Assembly: GCA_963733915.1 (NCBI GenBank)
Contig: CAVTEP010000011.1
Location: 553,161-617,160 of the forward strand
Direction: 5' to 3'
Length of the DNA stretch: 64,000 nt
Source of the DNA: Candidatus Sulfomarinibacteraceae bacterium
GTDB lineage: Bacteria > Acidobacteriota > Thermoanaerobaculia > Thermoanaerobaculales > Sulfomarinibacteraceae
Shown: positions 30,311 to 44,009 of the stretch, piece by piece
Layout: each line of letters begins with the position of its first letter
Numbering within the stretch: the first letter of the stretch is position 1
The notes under the pieces: model-generated
The model's input: the letters and a program-made list of their open reading frames with translations, nothing else
The model's database searches: none
Told to the model about the DNA's origin: nothing
Translations under genes and position numbers: made by a program

Positions 30311-30571
30311 ATGTGGCGTCGGTTCGGCGACCAAGACGCCGCTGTCGCGCCGCCGGCCTGTCACCACCCACGTGGTGCCGCGGTGGCTGAACCGGGCACC
30401 TTTGAAAACCAGCGCTCCCGGCGAAAAGACCAGCACTTCTGCGGTCGTCCCGGCGTCGGCAATCACCGTAATCGTCTTTCCAGAACGCCGGTTGAGCTGA
30501 ACGCTACCGCTCCATCCCTCTGGCGTGTCAGGCGGGTGGGTTCTTCGTGACAAAGTCGTGACCCGCTCCAT
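30308..30571 (-). CDS. hypothetical 87-aa protein
   Basis: ORF downstream of and co-oriented with trmFO. GC-rich third positions. No recognisable motif. Confidence 0.4.
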   Translation of the reverse strand: MERVTTLSRRTHPPDTPEGWSGSVQLNRRSGKTITVIADAGTTAEVLVFSPGALVFKGARFSHRGTTWVVTGRRRDSGVLVAEPTPH

Positions 30572-30627
30572 TCATCTAGAAAGACGTGAAATTGCGGAAA
30601 AAGGTTCACACCCCGGTGTGATCGCCA

Positions 30628-31956
30628 TCACCTGCCGAGAGAATCGGCCCATCCGCGAACGAGCTCGACGGCCCGTGCAGCGTGCGAAAGCCGTCGTTCC
30701 CGGCGGCTGCGGACACTTCTGAATTCGCTTGGCGTCGCCATCAGACCCCAGGTGATGTTCGAGGGCTGGAACCGCGCCGGACTGCTGGCGGTGAGGTGCC
30801 GCACCAGCCCGCCGAGCGCGGTTTCGCGGGGCGGCGGGGGCGCGGCTCGGCCGCCGAGCTCTGCCGCCAGCATCCGCGCTGCGATGAGGCCCGTGGCCGC
30901 TGACTCGACATACCCCTCGACACCTGTGATCTGGCCCGCGAGCCGAATCCCGGGCTGCCCCCGCAGGCGAAGCGCCTCGTCGAGATGCCGGGGAGCATTG
31001 ATAAAGGTATTGCGATGAATCATGCCGAGGCGAACGAAACGCGCCTGTTCGAGTCCGGGCAGGGTGCGGAAGACGCGCTTCTGCTCGTGATGTGCGAGCT
31101 TGGTCTGAAAGCCGACCAGATTCCAGTGATCGCCGGCCAGATCATCCTGGCGCAGCTGCACCACCGCCCACGGCTGACGTCCGTCGACGGGATTGATGAG
31201 GCCGACCGGTTTCATCGGTCCGAAACGGAGCGTGTCCCGGCCGCGGTCCGCCATCACCTCGACCGGCAAACAGCCCTCGAAGTACTGGATATCCTGAGCC
31301 TCGAAGTCCTTGAACGGAACCCTCTCCGCCACCAACAGTTCGTCCACGAAATGTTCATAGGCGGCGCGGTCAAGCGGTGAGTTCAGGTAGTCAGCGCCAT
31401 CGCCCTTTGCGTAGCGTGAGGCGCGAAAGAGCCGCCCCATATCGAGTGAATCGGCAGCCACGATCGGCGCCACGGCGTCAAAGAAGGACAGGGCCTCATC
31501 ACCGAGGAGGCCTTCGAGGGCCTCGTGAAGCGCGGGTGATGTCAGCGGCCCGGTTGCGATAATCGCCGGACCCTCGGGCACGGCCGCGACCTCTCGGCGC
31601 TCGACGCGCACCCGAGGGTGGGCCGAGATCACCGATGTTACAGCGGCGGCAAAGCGGTCTCTATCGACGGCCAATGCGCCGCCCGCCGGCACGGCTGCGC
31701 CGCGCGCCGCGGCGATGATCACGGAGTCAAGCGCCTCCATCTCGGCCTTGAGCACGCCGACCGCGTTGGTCGGAGCGTCACCCCGCAGCGAGTTCGAACA
31801 TACGAGTTCGGCGAGGTGACTGCTACGATGGACCGGCGTCTCGCGTCGGGGGCGCATCTCGGCAAGCGTCACCTCGATCCCGGCCTCGGCCAGCTGCCAC
31901 GCAGCCTCACTGCCGGCAAGACCTCCACCCACAACCAAAACGCACTTCGCGGCCAA
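30628..31956 (-). CDS. trmFO: methylenetetrahydrofolate--tRNA-(uracil-5-)-methyltransferase TrmFO
   Basis: 442 aa. VVGGGLAGSEAAWQLA FAD motif, ELVCSNSLR, TrmFO/Gid-type length. Confidence 0.9.
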   Translation of the reverse strand: MAAKCVLVVGGGLAGSEAAWQLAEAGIEVTLAEMRPRRETPVHRSSHLAELVCSNSLRGDAPTNAVGVLKAEMEALDSVIIAAARGAAVPAGGALAVDRDRFAAAVTSVISAHPRVRVERREVAAVPEGPAIIATGPLTSPALHEALEGLLGDEALSFFDAVAPIVAADSLDMGRLFRASRYAKGDGADYLNSPLDRAAYEHFVDELLVAERVPFKDFEAQDIQYFEGCLPVEVMADRGRDTLRFGPMKPVGLINPVDGRQPWAVVQLRQDDLAGDHWNLVGFQTKLAHHEQKRVFRTLPGLEQARFVRLGMIHRNTFINAPRHLDEALRLRGQPGIRLAGQITGVEGYVESAATGLIAARMLAAELGGRAAPPPPRETALGGLVRHLTASSPARFQPSNITWGLMATPSEFRSVRSRRERRLSHAARAVELVRGWADSLGR

Positions 31957-31959
31957 GCC

Positions 31960-33045
31960 TCATGTCCTCCGTTCCGAGCCCATAGGAATTTGCGCGCGCA
32001 CTCGAAGATAGCGGCCGTCGGCTTGGCGTTGGACTTCGCCTGCAAGCTCGAGGGAGAGAAGCTCAGCAACGACCTCTGTGACCGCGACGGCGGCGCGCTC
32101 CGAGATTTCATCCACAGTCAGCGCCTCTCCTGCCTGGATGTGGTGAAGCAGCCGGTTGTTCACACCGGCTTCCGATGAAGGGCCGCATTCGAGACCGATG
32201 GCGTCGAAAAGGTCGCGCGGCGTGAGCAGCGTCCTCGCGCCGACCCGGAGCAGCGTGTTGGGCCCGACCGACAGTTCGGAAAAGATATTTCCAGGCACCG
32301 CCAACACCTCTCGCCCCTCCTCCATCGCAAGCCGGGCGGTAATCAAGGCGCCCGAGCGCGCCGCCGCTTCGACCACGACCACAGCCTGAACCAGACCGGC
32401 CAGGATCCGGTTGCGTTCCGGAAAGTGATGCGGCCGCGGTGGCGTGCCGGGGGGGTACTCGGTGATCAGCGCGCCCGCGGCGGCCACTGCCTCTGCAAGC
32501 TCGCCGTGCTCCGGAGGGTAGACTCTGTCGGGCCCGGTGCCCCAGACGGCCCAGGTCGCGCCGTTTGCGACCAGTGCTCCCCGGTGGGCTGCTTCATCGA
32601 CGCCGCGTGCCATTCCGGAAACAACGACCACACCTCCTCGCCCGAGTTCCTCGCCGAGCAATCGCGCCACTTGCCGCCCATACGGCGTTGCCTTGCGCGA
32701 ACCGACGACCGCCACCGCCGGCGAATGACACAACCTGCCGCGGACGAAGAGCCCAAGGGGTGGGTCGGAGGTGGCCTGCAGGAGCCCCGGATAGTCGTCT
32801 TCACCGGGCGTCACCCAACGCCACCCCTTGGCATCGGTCTGCTCGACCACCTGGCGGGCCTCGTTCTTGGCAAGAGCTGCGGCCGCGTCAAGGACCGCTC
32901 GCGGTGCGCCGACGGTGCGCAGCGCGGGCGCGAGCGCCCCGCCGTTCGTGACCTGCGCGACCAGGCGGCGGATCCGGGCCCCCCCTCCGGCGAGTAGGAG
33001 ACCGAGCCGCAAGAATCGATCCTCCGGGTGATGCATCGCACTCAT
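31960..33045 (-). CDS. dprA: DNA-protecting/processing protein DprA (Smf)
   Basis: Rossmann-like core VVGSRKATPYG...VVSGMARGVD..AH and a C-terminal winged-helix-like tail. Confidence 0.9.
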   Translation of the reverse strand: MSAMHHPEDRFLRLGLLLAGGGARIRRLVAQVTNGGALAPALRTVGAPRAVLDAAAALAKNEARQVVEQTDAKGWRWVTPGEDDYPGLLQATSDPPLGLFVRGRLCHSPAVAVVGSRKATPYGRQVARLLGEELGRGGVVVVSGMARGVDEAAHRGALVANGATWAVWGTGPDRVYPPEHGELAEAVAAAGALITEYPPGTPPRPHHFPERNRILAGLVQAVVVVEAAARSGALITARLAMEEGREVLAVPGNIFSELSVGPNTLLRVGARTLLTPRDLFDAIGLECGPSSEAGVNNRLLHHIQAGEALTVDEISERAAVAVTEVVAELLSLELAGEVQRQADGRYLRVRAQIPMGSERRT

Positions 33046-33077
33046 GGTAACCGCGCCGATGCGGGTATACTCGGGGC

Positions 33078-33857
33078 ATGGAATTTCGGGTCCTCGGGAG
33101 CTTTGGGGGCGACAGCCCCGAATGCAGGATGACCTCGTTTCTGGTCGACGGCCAGGTCGCGGTCGACGCGGGCGCCATCACGCGCGCGCTCACGATAGCC
33201 GAGCAGCGCCGACTCCGCCACGTCCTGATCACCCATACTCACCTCGATCACACCAATACGCTGCCGTTTCTGATCGAGAACTCCTTTGGTTCGAGTGACG
33301 AACCGGTTTCGATTTTCTGCACCGCGCGGGTCCTTGCGGGCATCCGGCGACACCTGTTCAACAACGACACCTGGCCCGACTTCACCCGTATTCCCGACCA
33401 CCTCTATCCATCGGTACGCTTCGAAAAAATCGAGATCGAGAAGCCCTTCGCGATCGGAGGCCTCGCCGGGGGTCCGCTCGAAGTGACCGCGATCGAGGTC
33501 AACCACATCGTGCCGACGACCGGCCTCCTTCTCCGCCAGGGCCCGTCGAGCGTGATATTCACCTCCGACACCGGGCCCACCGAGCGCATCTGGGAAGTCG
33601 CCAATGATACAGAAGACCTCGCCGCCATCATCACTGAAGTCTCGTTTCCGAACCGGATGCAAAACGTCGCCGATGTCAGTCTCCACCTGACGCCGCAGAC
33701 GCTTGCTGTCGAGCTTGCCAAGCTCCGGCGCTCGGTGCCGGTCTATCTCTACCACTTCAAGCCGCCGTATGTTGACGAGCTGCGGGCCGAACTTGCCGGC
33801 ACGGATTTGCCGATCGCCGTCAAAGAGCTCGAGCAGGACCGCGTCTACAGCTTCTAG
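33078..33857 (+). CDS. class II 3',5'-cyclic-nucleotide phosphodiesterase-like MBL-fold hydrolase
   Basis: The signature ITHTHLDHTNTLPFLIENS matches the class II cNMP PDE pattern H-x-H-L-D-H. Confidence 0.75.
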   Translation: MEFRVLGSFGGDSPECRMTSFLVDGQVAVDAGAITRALTIAEQRRLRHVLITHTHLDHTNTLPFLIENSFGSSDEPVSIFCTARVLAGIRRHLFNNDTWPDFTRIPDHLYPSVRFEKIEIEKPFAIGGLAGGPLEVTAIEVNHIVPTTGLLLRQGPSSVIFTSDTGPTERIWEVANDTEDLAAIITEVSFPNRMQNVADVSLHLTPQTLAVELAKLRRSVPVYLYHFKPPYVDELRAELAGTDLPIAVKELEQDRVYSF

Positions 33858-34037
33858 CCCGCTTATCTCACCGGGTTTCGTGACGAGGGCGGCGAAGCGC
33901 AAGTATCCGGTGGGTTTGGCGTGAATCGGGCGACGCAGTCGTAGTAGCGCTACGTCGAGGAGCACGATTTGCGACAAGCACGGCGGGACGCCGCGATTCG
34001 GCGTCCGCAGTAGACACCCGGTGAGATAAGCGGGCTA
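33855..34037. repeat. 183-bp intergenic repeat element, copy A (perfect 22-bp terminal inverted repeats)
   Basis: TAGCCCGCTTATCTCACCGGGT (33855-33876) is the exact reverse complement of 34016-34037. The arms contain the TAG stops of both convergent genes. Internal blocks are shared with 13365-13544. Confidence 0.85.
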
Positions 34038-34924
34038 GCCGAGCGCCACGAGATCGGAGCGGAGATCGAAAGCGAGACGTGCGCGGACGCCCGCCTCCGT
34101 CACTTGGAGGGTCGCGTCAAGGGTCGCATACAGGGCCAGCACTCCGCGTTCACATGCAAGCCTCAGCGCGGTAAACGGGAACCGGCCCTCGACGAGGTCG
34201 AGCCGCCATCCGCGGGCGTCGTCTTGGGCACGAAAAACTAACCGCTTGCCACCTTCCACCGTGACTTCAACCGCATCGCCGATTCGCCGCGAGCTCTCCA
34301 CACCCGCCCGCCCATCGAGGAACCGCACCGAGTCACGCCAACGATCGTTGGCGCTGAGCTTGGCAGGCCGCCGCACTTCGATGGTTTGCGGCGTCGTCGG
34401 GTCGGCCGGCGTGATACCGGATACAGGTCGCCGCCGGTCCGGTGGGTGCGAACCAGAAGGCGGTCAAGAAGGGCGTTGGCCGCCGGCATCCGAAATAACG
34501 CGAAGAGGCCTTCGATTTCGAGAACTCCCTCGCGGACGAGAAACCGCTCGTAATCTCCAAACCATAGGAGGTCGAAGCGCGCTCCCGGCGGCTCGCGATC
34601 GCCGGCGCTCGTCAGGACCAGCGCCTCGACACCACCCGCCTCCCGCCAGATATCACCATCCGCTCGCCGGTATTCGCCGTCGACACCAGTGTTCGGCTCG
34701 TCACCGACCGCGACCGGCAGCCCCGGCGCTGCCCATCCGCCGTCGCCGCTGAGCGCCGGCCACCGTCGGCCGAATGCTCCACCATCGAAGACCGCGAGAC
34801 CGGCGTACTCCGCGACCACCCGGGCGCATTCGTCCGCCCCGAGAAACCAACCAGATTCGAGAGCCGATGCCGATTCGCGTCCGCTGTCGCCGCTCGACCA
34901 GCGCAGCGGCGCTCTTCGAATCAT
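34035..34924 (-). CDS. hypothetical protein, either split by a frameshift near 34400-34440 or two overlapping ORFs
   Basis: The upstream frame (MIRRAPLRW...LLVRTHRTGGDLYPV) looks coding until about 34430, then becomes Arg-rich junk. The frame of ORF 34035-34376 is open from 34463 and has GC-rich third positions. 890 nt is not a multiple of 3. Confidence 0.45.
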
Positions 34925-34974
34925 TGCGGCCGCCCGGACGGCCGGCGACCCGCCAGCCGCGGGAGGGTCGAGCG

Positions 34975-35736
34975 TCAATTCCCGAGACGGCTGGCGACGC
35001 CGATGATGCGGTTCAGGGTTTCCTTTTCGAACCAGCATTCCAGAAATGCGCGATCCTCGTCCGGTGACCCGCGCCGCATGGCCTCCCACACTTCAGAGTA
35101 AACGAAGCGCTTGGATTCGACGAAGGCCCGTCGCGGGCGTCCGCTCAGCTTCAAGAGCTCGATTTCGGTGACGGCGACAGTGTCCGGCTCGGCCGCGGTG
35201 CGGTGCACGATCCCGAGTTCACGCGCCCTGGTCGCCGAACAACCCTCTCCGCGAAAGACGAGATCATCAAGGGCGGGCGAGCTCAGTCGGGCGCGCAGCA
35301 TCCGCAAGCTCGTCCGCGGTACTGGCACCCCCAGGTTGAGCTCCGACAACCCCTGTCGCGCCTGACCGACCGCCATGACCCGCAGATCACAGCTGATCGC
35401 CATCAGACACCCTGCGGCCACGGCGTGCCCACCGATAGCAGCCGCAGTCGGGCCGGGATACGAGAAGAGGTCGAGTACCAGGTGATTGAAAGTGTCGAGG
35501 AATTCGCCGACCTCTCCGCGGCTGGCATCCGCCAGGAGCTTGAGGTTCCAACCCGGACAGAATACTGTCGGGTGGGCGGACGCGAGCACGATCGGGGGGG
35601 CGCCGGCATCGCGCAAGAGCTGCAATCTCTCGCGCAAGGCGGCCATCATCGACCGGTCAAGTGCATTCGGTCCGGCATCCATGACCAGGTGATGGATACC
35701 GCGGCTCTCCTCGTGTCTGAGCGGGTTTTCAGCCAT
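34975..35736 (-). CDS. enoyl-CoA hydratase/isomerase (crotonase) family protein
   Basis: 253 aa from MAENPLRHEE. Crotonase-fold pattern (VFCPGWNLK..., GHAVAAGCLMA). The start overlaps the pdxT stop by 8 nt. Confidence 0.85.
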   Translation of the reverse strand: MAENPLRHEESRGIHHLVMDAGPNALDRSMMAALRERLQLLRDAGAPPIVLASAHPTVFCPGWNLKLLADASRGEVGEFLDTFNHLVLDLFSYPGPTAAAIGGHAVAAGCLMAISCDLRVMAVGQARQGLSELNLGVPVPRTSLRMLRARLSSPALDDLVFRGEGCSATRARELGIVHRTAAEPDTVAVTEIELLKLSGRPRRAFVESKRFVYSEVWEAMRRGSPDEDRAFLECWFEKETLNRIIGVASRLGN

Positions 35737-36313
35737 GCGCGTCTTCCCCCAATTGTACAAACAGTTCGTGGATGCGGCGGTCGGTCGCGAGCTCCGGGTG
35801 AAATGTGGCGGCGAGGATCCGGTCCTGACGGACCAGCACCTCGTCCTCGTCCCACCTCCCGAGGACCTCGACACCGGCTTCTCGGCCGGTTATCCGGGGT
35901 GCACGAATGAACACTCCTTCGATCCGCCTCGGTTCGCCGAGCTCGGGCGCCAGATCGACCACAGCCACCGTTGAGTGCGGCTGCCGCCCGTAGGCGTTGC
36001 GATCGATGTCGACCGCGAGGACGCCGAGGCTCGGCTGCGCCGGTTTGACCTCGCGGGCCAGGAGAATGACTCCGGCACAGGTGGCGAGAATGGGCATTCC
36101 CGCTGCCGCGCGGTGGGCGATCGCAAGAGCGAGATTCTCGGCCTCCATCAGCCGCAGCATTGCCGTGGATTCGCCCCCGGGCATCACGAGTGCGTCGACG
36201 GACTCGAGGTCGGCAGCAGTTCGGACCATTCGGGCCTCGACGCTCAAGCCGCGGAGCGCGGCGCCGTGTGCGGCCCAATCCCCCTGGAGGGCGAGAACCC
36301 CGATCCGAGCCAA
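35729..36313 (-). CDS. pdxT: pyridoxal 5'-phosphate synthase glutaminase subunit PdxT
   Basis: RIGVLALQG..., GGESTA, CAG catalytic Cys, FHPEL. Confidence 0.92.
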   Translation of the reverse strand: MARIGVLALQGDWAAHGAALRGLSVEARMVRTAADLESVDALVMPGGESTAMLRLMEAENLALAIAHRAAAGMPILATCAGVILLAREVKPAQPSLGVLAVDIDRNAYGRQPHSTVAVVDLAPELGEPRRIEGVFIRAPRITGREAGVEVLGRWDEDEVLVRQDRILAATFHPELATDRRIHELFVQLGEDAHG

Positions 36314-36316
36314 TTG

Positions 36317-37204
36317 CTACCACCCCCTGCGCGACAACATCTCTTCGGGCGTCAGCTTGCCCGACTCGAGACCCGACATCGCCTCACCAAGACCGCGCGA
36401 CACCTCTACCAACCGCTCCGGATCTTGCCAGTGGGTCACCGCCTCGACGATCGACCGGCCGCGGCGCGCGGGTTCATCTGATTTGAAGATGCCGGATCCG
36501 ACAAACACCGATTGCGCACCGAGCATCATGCAGAGGGCGGCGTCCGCGGGCGTCGCGACCCCGCCGGCCGCGAAGTTCGGCACCGGCAGGCGGCCGTTCT
36601 CCGCAACCCACTGTACGAGCTCGAAGGGGGCCTGGAGCTCCTTGGCGTGCGCCATGAGCTCATCGGCTTCGAGGATTGTCAGAATGCGGATACCACGCTG
36701 GACCGCACGCAGGTGGCGGACACCCTCGACGATGTCTCCTGATCCGGCCTCCCCTTTGGTGCGGATCATCGCGGCGCCCTCTCCGATCCGGCGCAACGCC
36801 TCGCCGAGATTGCGGCAGCCGCAGACAAACGGCACCTTGAAGGGGTGTTTGTAGATATGGTTCTCGTCATCGGCCGGGGTCAGAACCTCGCTCTCGTCGA
36901 TGAAATCGACCTCGAGGGCCTCCAGCATTCGGGCCTCTGCGATGTGCCCTATGCGCACCTTCGCCATTACCGGGATCGACACCTTTTCTTGAATCTCTTG
37001 GATCTTCTCGATCGACGACATCCTGGCCACGCCGCCCTGAACGCGGATGTCGGCCGGCACCCTTTCGAGGGCCATCACGGCCACCGCGCCGGCGTCCTCG
37101 GCGATCTTCGCCTGCTCGGCATTGGTGACATCCATGATCACCCCACCCTTGAGCATCTCGGCCAGCCCGACCTTGACGCGGAACTGGGAATCCTGTTTCT
37201 CCAT
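36317..37204 (-). CDS. pdxS: pyridoxal 5'-phosphate synthase lyase subunit PdxS
   Basis: 295 aa from [26 protein letters not shown]...; highly conserved PdxS sequence. GGGAGGAAG RBS before the ATG at 37204. Confidence 0.95.
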   Translation of the reverse strand: MEKQDSQFRVKVGLAEMLKGGVIMDVTNAEQAKIAEDAGAVAVMALERVPADIRVQGGVARMSSIEKIQEIQEKVSIPVMAKVRIGHIAEARMLEALEVDFIDESEVLTPADDENHIYKHPFKVPFVCGCRNLGEALRRIGEGAAMIRTKGEAGSGDIVEGVRHLRAVQRGIRILTILEADELMAHAKELQAPFELVQWVAENGRLPVPNFAAGGVATPADAALCMMLGAQSVFVGSGIFKSDEPARRGRSIVEAVTHWQDPERLVEVSRGLGEAMSGLESGKLTPEEMLSRRGW

Positions 37205-37265
37205 TGTCTTCCTCCCTCGACCCGGCCTCATTGTACACACCAGCAGCCTGCTCCAGCGGCGAGCA

Positions 37266-37823
37266 TCAAGCTTCGCTCCCGAGGCGTATTCGAAGGAGCG
37301 AGAAGGCGTTGATCGTGATGTGCGCGGCGGCGACCGCTGGATACCCGGCGTGGTCAAAGACCAGGCCGAGGATCGTACCGAGCCCGAGCGCGACCAGCGG
37401 CCACATCCAGAGCCGCCGGTCGGGCACGACGTGAAGAGCAGCAAAGAGCAGCGCCGCGGGCAAGAGCCCGATGACAGGTTGCAGGAGGGCTCGTATGAGC
37501 GCTTCTTCGGCGAGCCCGGAAAAGACGGCGACCGCGACCGCATCGGTGATCGACCAACCCGCCACCATCTGCCGCTGCCAGCGCTCGAGATCCTCGAGGG
37601 CTCGCAACCGGCGCAGGAGCCACAGACCGGCGATGCACGCCGCTCCGACGAGCACGCCTGCAAGAATCGTCGCCGCCATCGTAGCGCGCGGCGCGAGCCC
37701 GCGGCCGATTCCGTCGGCCGTCAGGCTGAGGCCGAGCATCGCGATGACCGCGATGATTCCCTCCTGGTGGATGAGAACCACCGCGGGAATGGCCCGCGGT
37801 GCCGGTTGGCCGATTTCACTCAT
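37266..37823 (-). CDS. CPBP family intramembrane glutamic endopeptidase (CAAX protease-like)
   Basis: EEALIRALL (EExxxR), FAALH (FxxxH) and HITINAF (HxxxN) motifs within TM helices. Start chosen at the ATG at 37823, after the gyrA stop. Confidence 0.8.
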   Translation of the reverse strand: MSEIGQPAPRAIPAVVLIHQEGIIAVIAMLGLSLTADGIGRGLAPRATMAATILAGVLVGAACIAGLWLLRRLRALEDLERWQRQMVAGWSITDAVAVAVFSGLAEEALIRALLQPVIGLLPAALLFAALHVVPDRRLWMWPLVALGLGTILGLVFDHAGYPAVAAAHITINAFSLLRIRLGSEA

Positions 37824-37848
37824 GGCTTCTCGGCGGTGCGGTTGAGCT

Positions 37849-40425
37849 TCAATCCCCTTGCTCTTCGCCGTCGCCGGGCTGCGCCTCATCGTCCCCGTCG
37901 TCGGCGTCGGCGCCCGTTTCCTTCTCGGCGCCGTCCTCAACGTCAGCGCCATCGTCATCGTCATCGTCGCCCTCGTCGGACCCCTCGGCCCGAGCCAGCG
38001 ACACCACCCGGTCCCCATCATCGAGGCGGATCACGCGAACGCCCTGGGTGGCGCGTCCGATGCGCCGGATTTCACTCACGTTCATGCGGATGAGCATGCC
38101 GCCCTCGGTCATGATCAGGACGCCATCCTCTTCACGGACGTGCCGGATGCCGGCGACGACACCGTTTTTCTCGGTCAATCGGATCAGCTTGAGGCCATAG
38201 CCGCCGCGGCCCTGGAGGCGAAATTCTCCGATCGGCGTGCGTTTGCCAAACCCGAGATCGGTCACCACGAGAACATCGCTTTCGTCCGCCGGGTCGAAGA
38301 TTGCGACCTCCTCCACGAAGTCACCCGTCCGGAGATTGATGCCGCGGACGCCAGCTGAAACCCGTCCCATCTGCCGTACGTCGGTCTCCTCGAAGCGAAT
38401 TGCCATCCCCTTGTTGGTGCCTATAAACACGTGCGAGGTCCCATTCGTCAGTCTTACCGAAAGCAGATCGTCCCCCTCGTTGACGACTACCGCGCGCAGG
38501 CCGCTGGAGCGAATGTTTGCATACTCGCTGAGCGCGGAGCGCTTGACACGACCCATCCGCGTGGCAAAGAAGAGGAAGGAACCCTCGTGCTCGTCAAAGT
38601 CTCGAATCGCCAGCAGCGCGCGCACGCTCTCGTCCGGCGCGAGCTGGAGGAGGTTGACCAGCGCCCGGCCGCGGGCGTTCGGGCCGACGTCCGGAAGCTC
38701 GTGGACCTTGCGCGCAAAGACCCGGCCGCCCGAGGTGAAAAACAACATGGTCGCGTGGGTCGATGCCACGAAAAGCTGCCAGACCTCGTCCTCGCTCTTG
38801 GTCGCCATCCCACGTCGGCCGCGGCCTCCGCGCCGTTGCGGTCGATAGGTGGTTGCCGCCGATCGCTTCACGTAGCCTCCGCGCGAAACTGTGATCACCA
38901 TGTCTTCCTCGGCGATCAGGTCCTCGATCGAGATCTCGCTCGGATCGTCGATGATCTCGGTGCGGCGCTCATCGCCGAACTTGTCCTTCACCGCGGCGAG
39001 CTCCTCGACGATGATCTCGGAAACCATCTCGTCGGAATCGAGCACGGCCTCGAGATGGGCGATCAGCCGCCGGATCTCGTGGTGTTCGTCGACGATCTTG
39101 TCGCGCTCGAGCCCGGTCAGGCGCTGCAGCCGCATGTCGAGGATCGCCTGCGCCTGGAGCTGCGACAGGCCGAACTCGGCCATCAGGCCGTCGCGCGCGA
39201 CCTCCGGACTGGCGGCCGCGCGAATCAGCTTGATGACTGCGTCGAGGTTGTCGAGGGCGATGACGAGACCTTCGAGGATGTGAGCGCGCTCTCGGGCCCG
39301 TGCGAGATCGTAGGCCGTGCGGCGGACTATGATCTCTCGTCGGTGGTCGAGGAAGTGCTGGAGAAGCTCTTTGAGGTTGAAGACCTTGGGTTGGTTGTTG
39401 ATGACGCCGAGCAGGATGATGCCGAAGGTCGTCCGCATTTGCGTCAACTTGAAGAGGTTGTTCTGCACGACCTCCGGCACCGCGTCGCGCTTGAGTTCGA
39501 TGACGACGCGGATCCCGTCGCGGTCGGATTCGTCGCGGAGATCGGCGATGCCTTCGATGCGTTTGTTGTGGACCAGATTCGCGATTTGTTCGACCAGGCG
39601 CGCCTTGTTCACCTGATAGGGAAGCTCAGAGATGATGACGGCGGCGCGTTTTCCGGTTTCGGCCTCGCGAATTCGGGTGCGTGCCTGCAAGCGAATGATG
39701 CCCCGTCCGGTGGTGTATGCGTCGTGAATGCCTTTGCGCCCGAGAATGAACCCGGCGGTGGGAAAATCGGGTCCCGGCATGAAATCCATGAGGTCCGCAA
39801 CAGTCAGCTCGGGATCGCTGATGAGCGCGATGCAGGCGTCGACGACCTCGCCGAGGCTGTGGGGCGGGATGTTGGTCGCCATCCCGACCGCGATTCCTGA
39901 CGAACCATTGATGAGGAGGTTTGGAAACCGCGCCGGCAGCACGGTCGGCTCGGTCAGCGAACCGTCATAGTTTGGCGTCCAGCTGACCGTCTCCTTGGCC
40001 ACGTCGTCGCCGAGGAGGTCCTCGGCCAGTCGAGTCAGCCGGACCTCGGTGTACCGCATGGCCGCCGGCGAGTCGCCATCGACCGAACCAAAGTTGCCCT
40101 GGCCGTCGACCAGCAGGTAGCGCATCGAGAAGTCCTGCGCCATACGGACGGCGGTGTCGTAGATCGCCTGATCGCCGTGCGGATGGTACTTGCCCATCAC
40201 GTCGCCGACGATCCGCGCTGACTTTTTGTGAGCGCGCGAGGCCGTGTTGCCTGCCTCCCACATGCCGTAGAGGATCCGTCGGTGCACCGGTTTGAGACCA
40301 TCGCGGACATCGGGAAGTGCGCGCCCGATGATGACGGACATGGCATAGTCGAGGTACGAGTTCTTGAGTTCGTCCTCGATGGTGACGGAAATGCGGTCGG
40401 CGCGAGGCGGCGTGGTCTCGGTCAT
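37849..40425 (-). CDS. gyrA: DNA gyrase subunit A with acidic C-terminal tail
   Basis: 858 aa. Active-site region AAMRYTE, GyrA-box beta-pinwheel CTD, tail [19 protein letters not shown]... Confidence 0.96.
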   Translation of the reverse strand: MTETTPPRADRISVTIEDELKNSYLDYAMSVIIGRALPDVRDGLKPVHRRILYGMWEAGNTASRAHKKSARIVGDVMGKYHPHGDQAIYDTAVRMAQDFSMRYLLVDGQGNFGSVDGDSPAAMRYTEVRLTRLAEDLLGDDVAKETVSWTPNYDGSLTEPTVLPARFPNLLINGSSGIAVGMATNIPPHSLGEVVDACIALISDPELTVADLMDFMPGPDFPTAGFILGRKGIHDAYTTGRGIIRLQARTRIREAETGKRAAVIISELPYQVNKARLVEQIANLVHNKRIEGIADLRDESDRDGIRVVIELKRDAVPEVVQNNLFKLTQMRTTFGIILLGVINNQPKVFNLKELLQHFLDHRREIIVRRTAYDLARARERAHILEGLVIALDNLDAVIKLIRAAASPEVARDGLMAEFGLSQLQAQAILDMRLQRLTGLERDKIVDEHHEIRRLIAHLEAVLDSDEMVSEIIVEELAAVKDKFGDERRTEIIDDPSEISIEDLIAEEDMVITVSRGGYVKRSAATTYRPQRRGGRGRRGMATKSEDEVWQLFVASTHATMLFFTSGGRVFARKVHELPDVGPNARGRALVNLLQLAPDESVRALLAIRDFDEHEGSFLFFATRMGRVKRSALSEYANIRSSGLRAVVVNEGDDLLSVRLTNGTSHVFIGTNKGMAIRFEETDVRQMGRVSAGVRGINLRTGDFVEEVAIFDPADESDVLVVTDLGFGKRTPIGEFRLQGRGGYGLKLIRLTEKNGVVAGIRHVREEDGVLIMTEGGMLIRMNVSEIRRIGRATQGVRVIRLDDGDRVVSLARAEGSDEGDDDDDDGADVEDGAEKETGADADDGDDEAQPGDGEEQGD

Positions 40426-43937
<3,512 letters not shown>

Positions 43938-44009
43938 AACCGTCGCACCTTTGCCGCGGGAGCGCGTGACGTCAAGGACCGCAGCCGGCCGCTTTCGCCT
44001 CGATCAGCC

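Noticed and set aside
33042-33977. 311-aa minus-strand ORF
   Set aside because: It is antisense to the class II phosphodiesterase-like gene, which carries a clear HxHLDH signature, and it extends into the repeat element.
37849-37990. Asp/Glu-rich tail of GyrA as a separate feature
   Set aside because: It is in frame with and continuous with gyrA. Acidic C-terminal tails are a known GyrA feature, so it is not an independent element.
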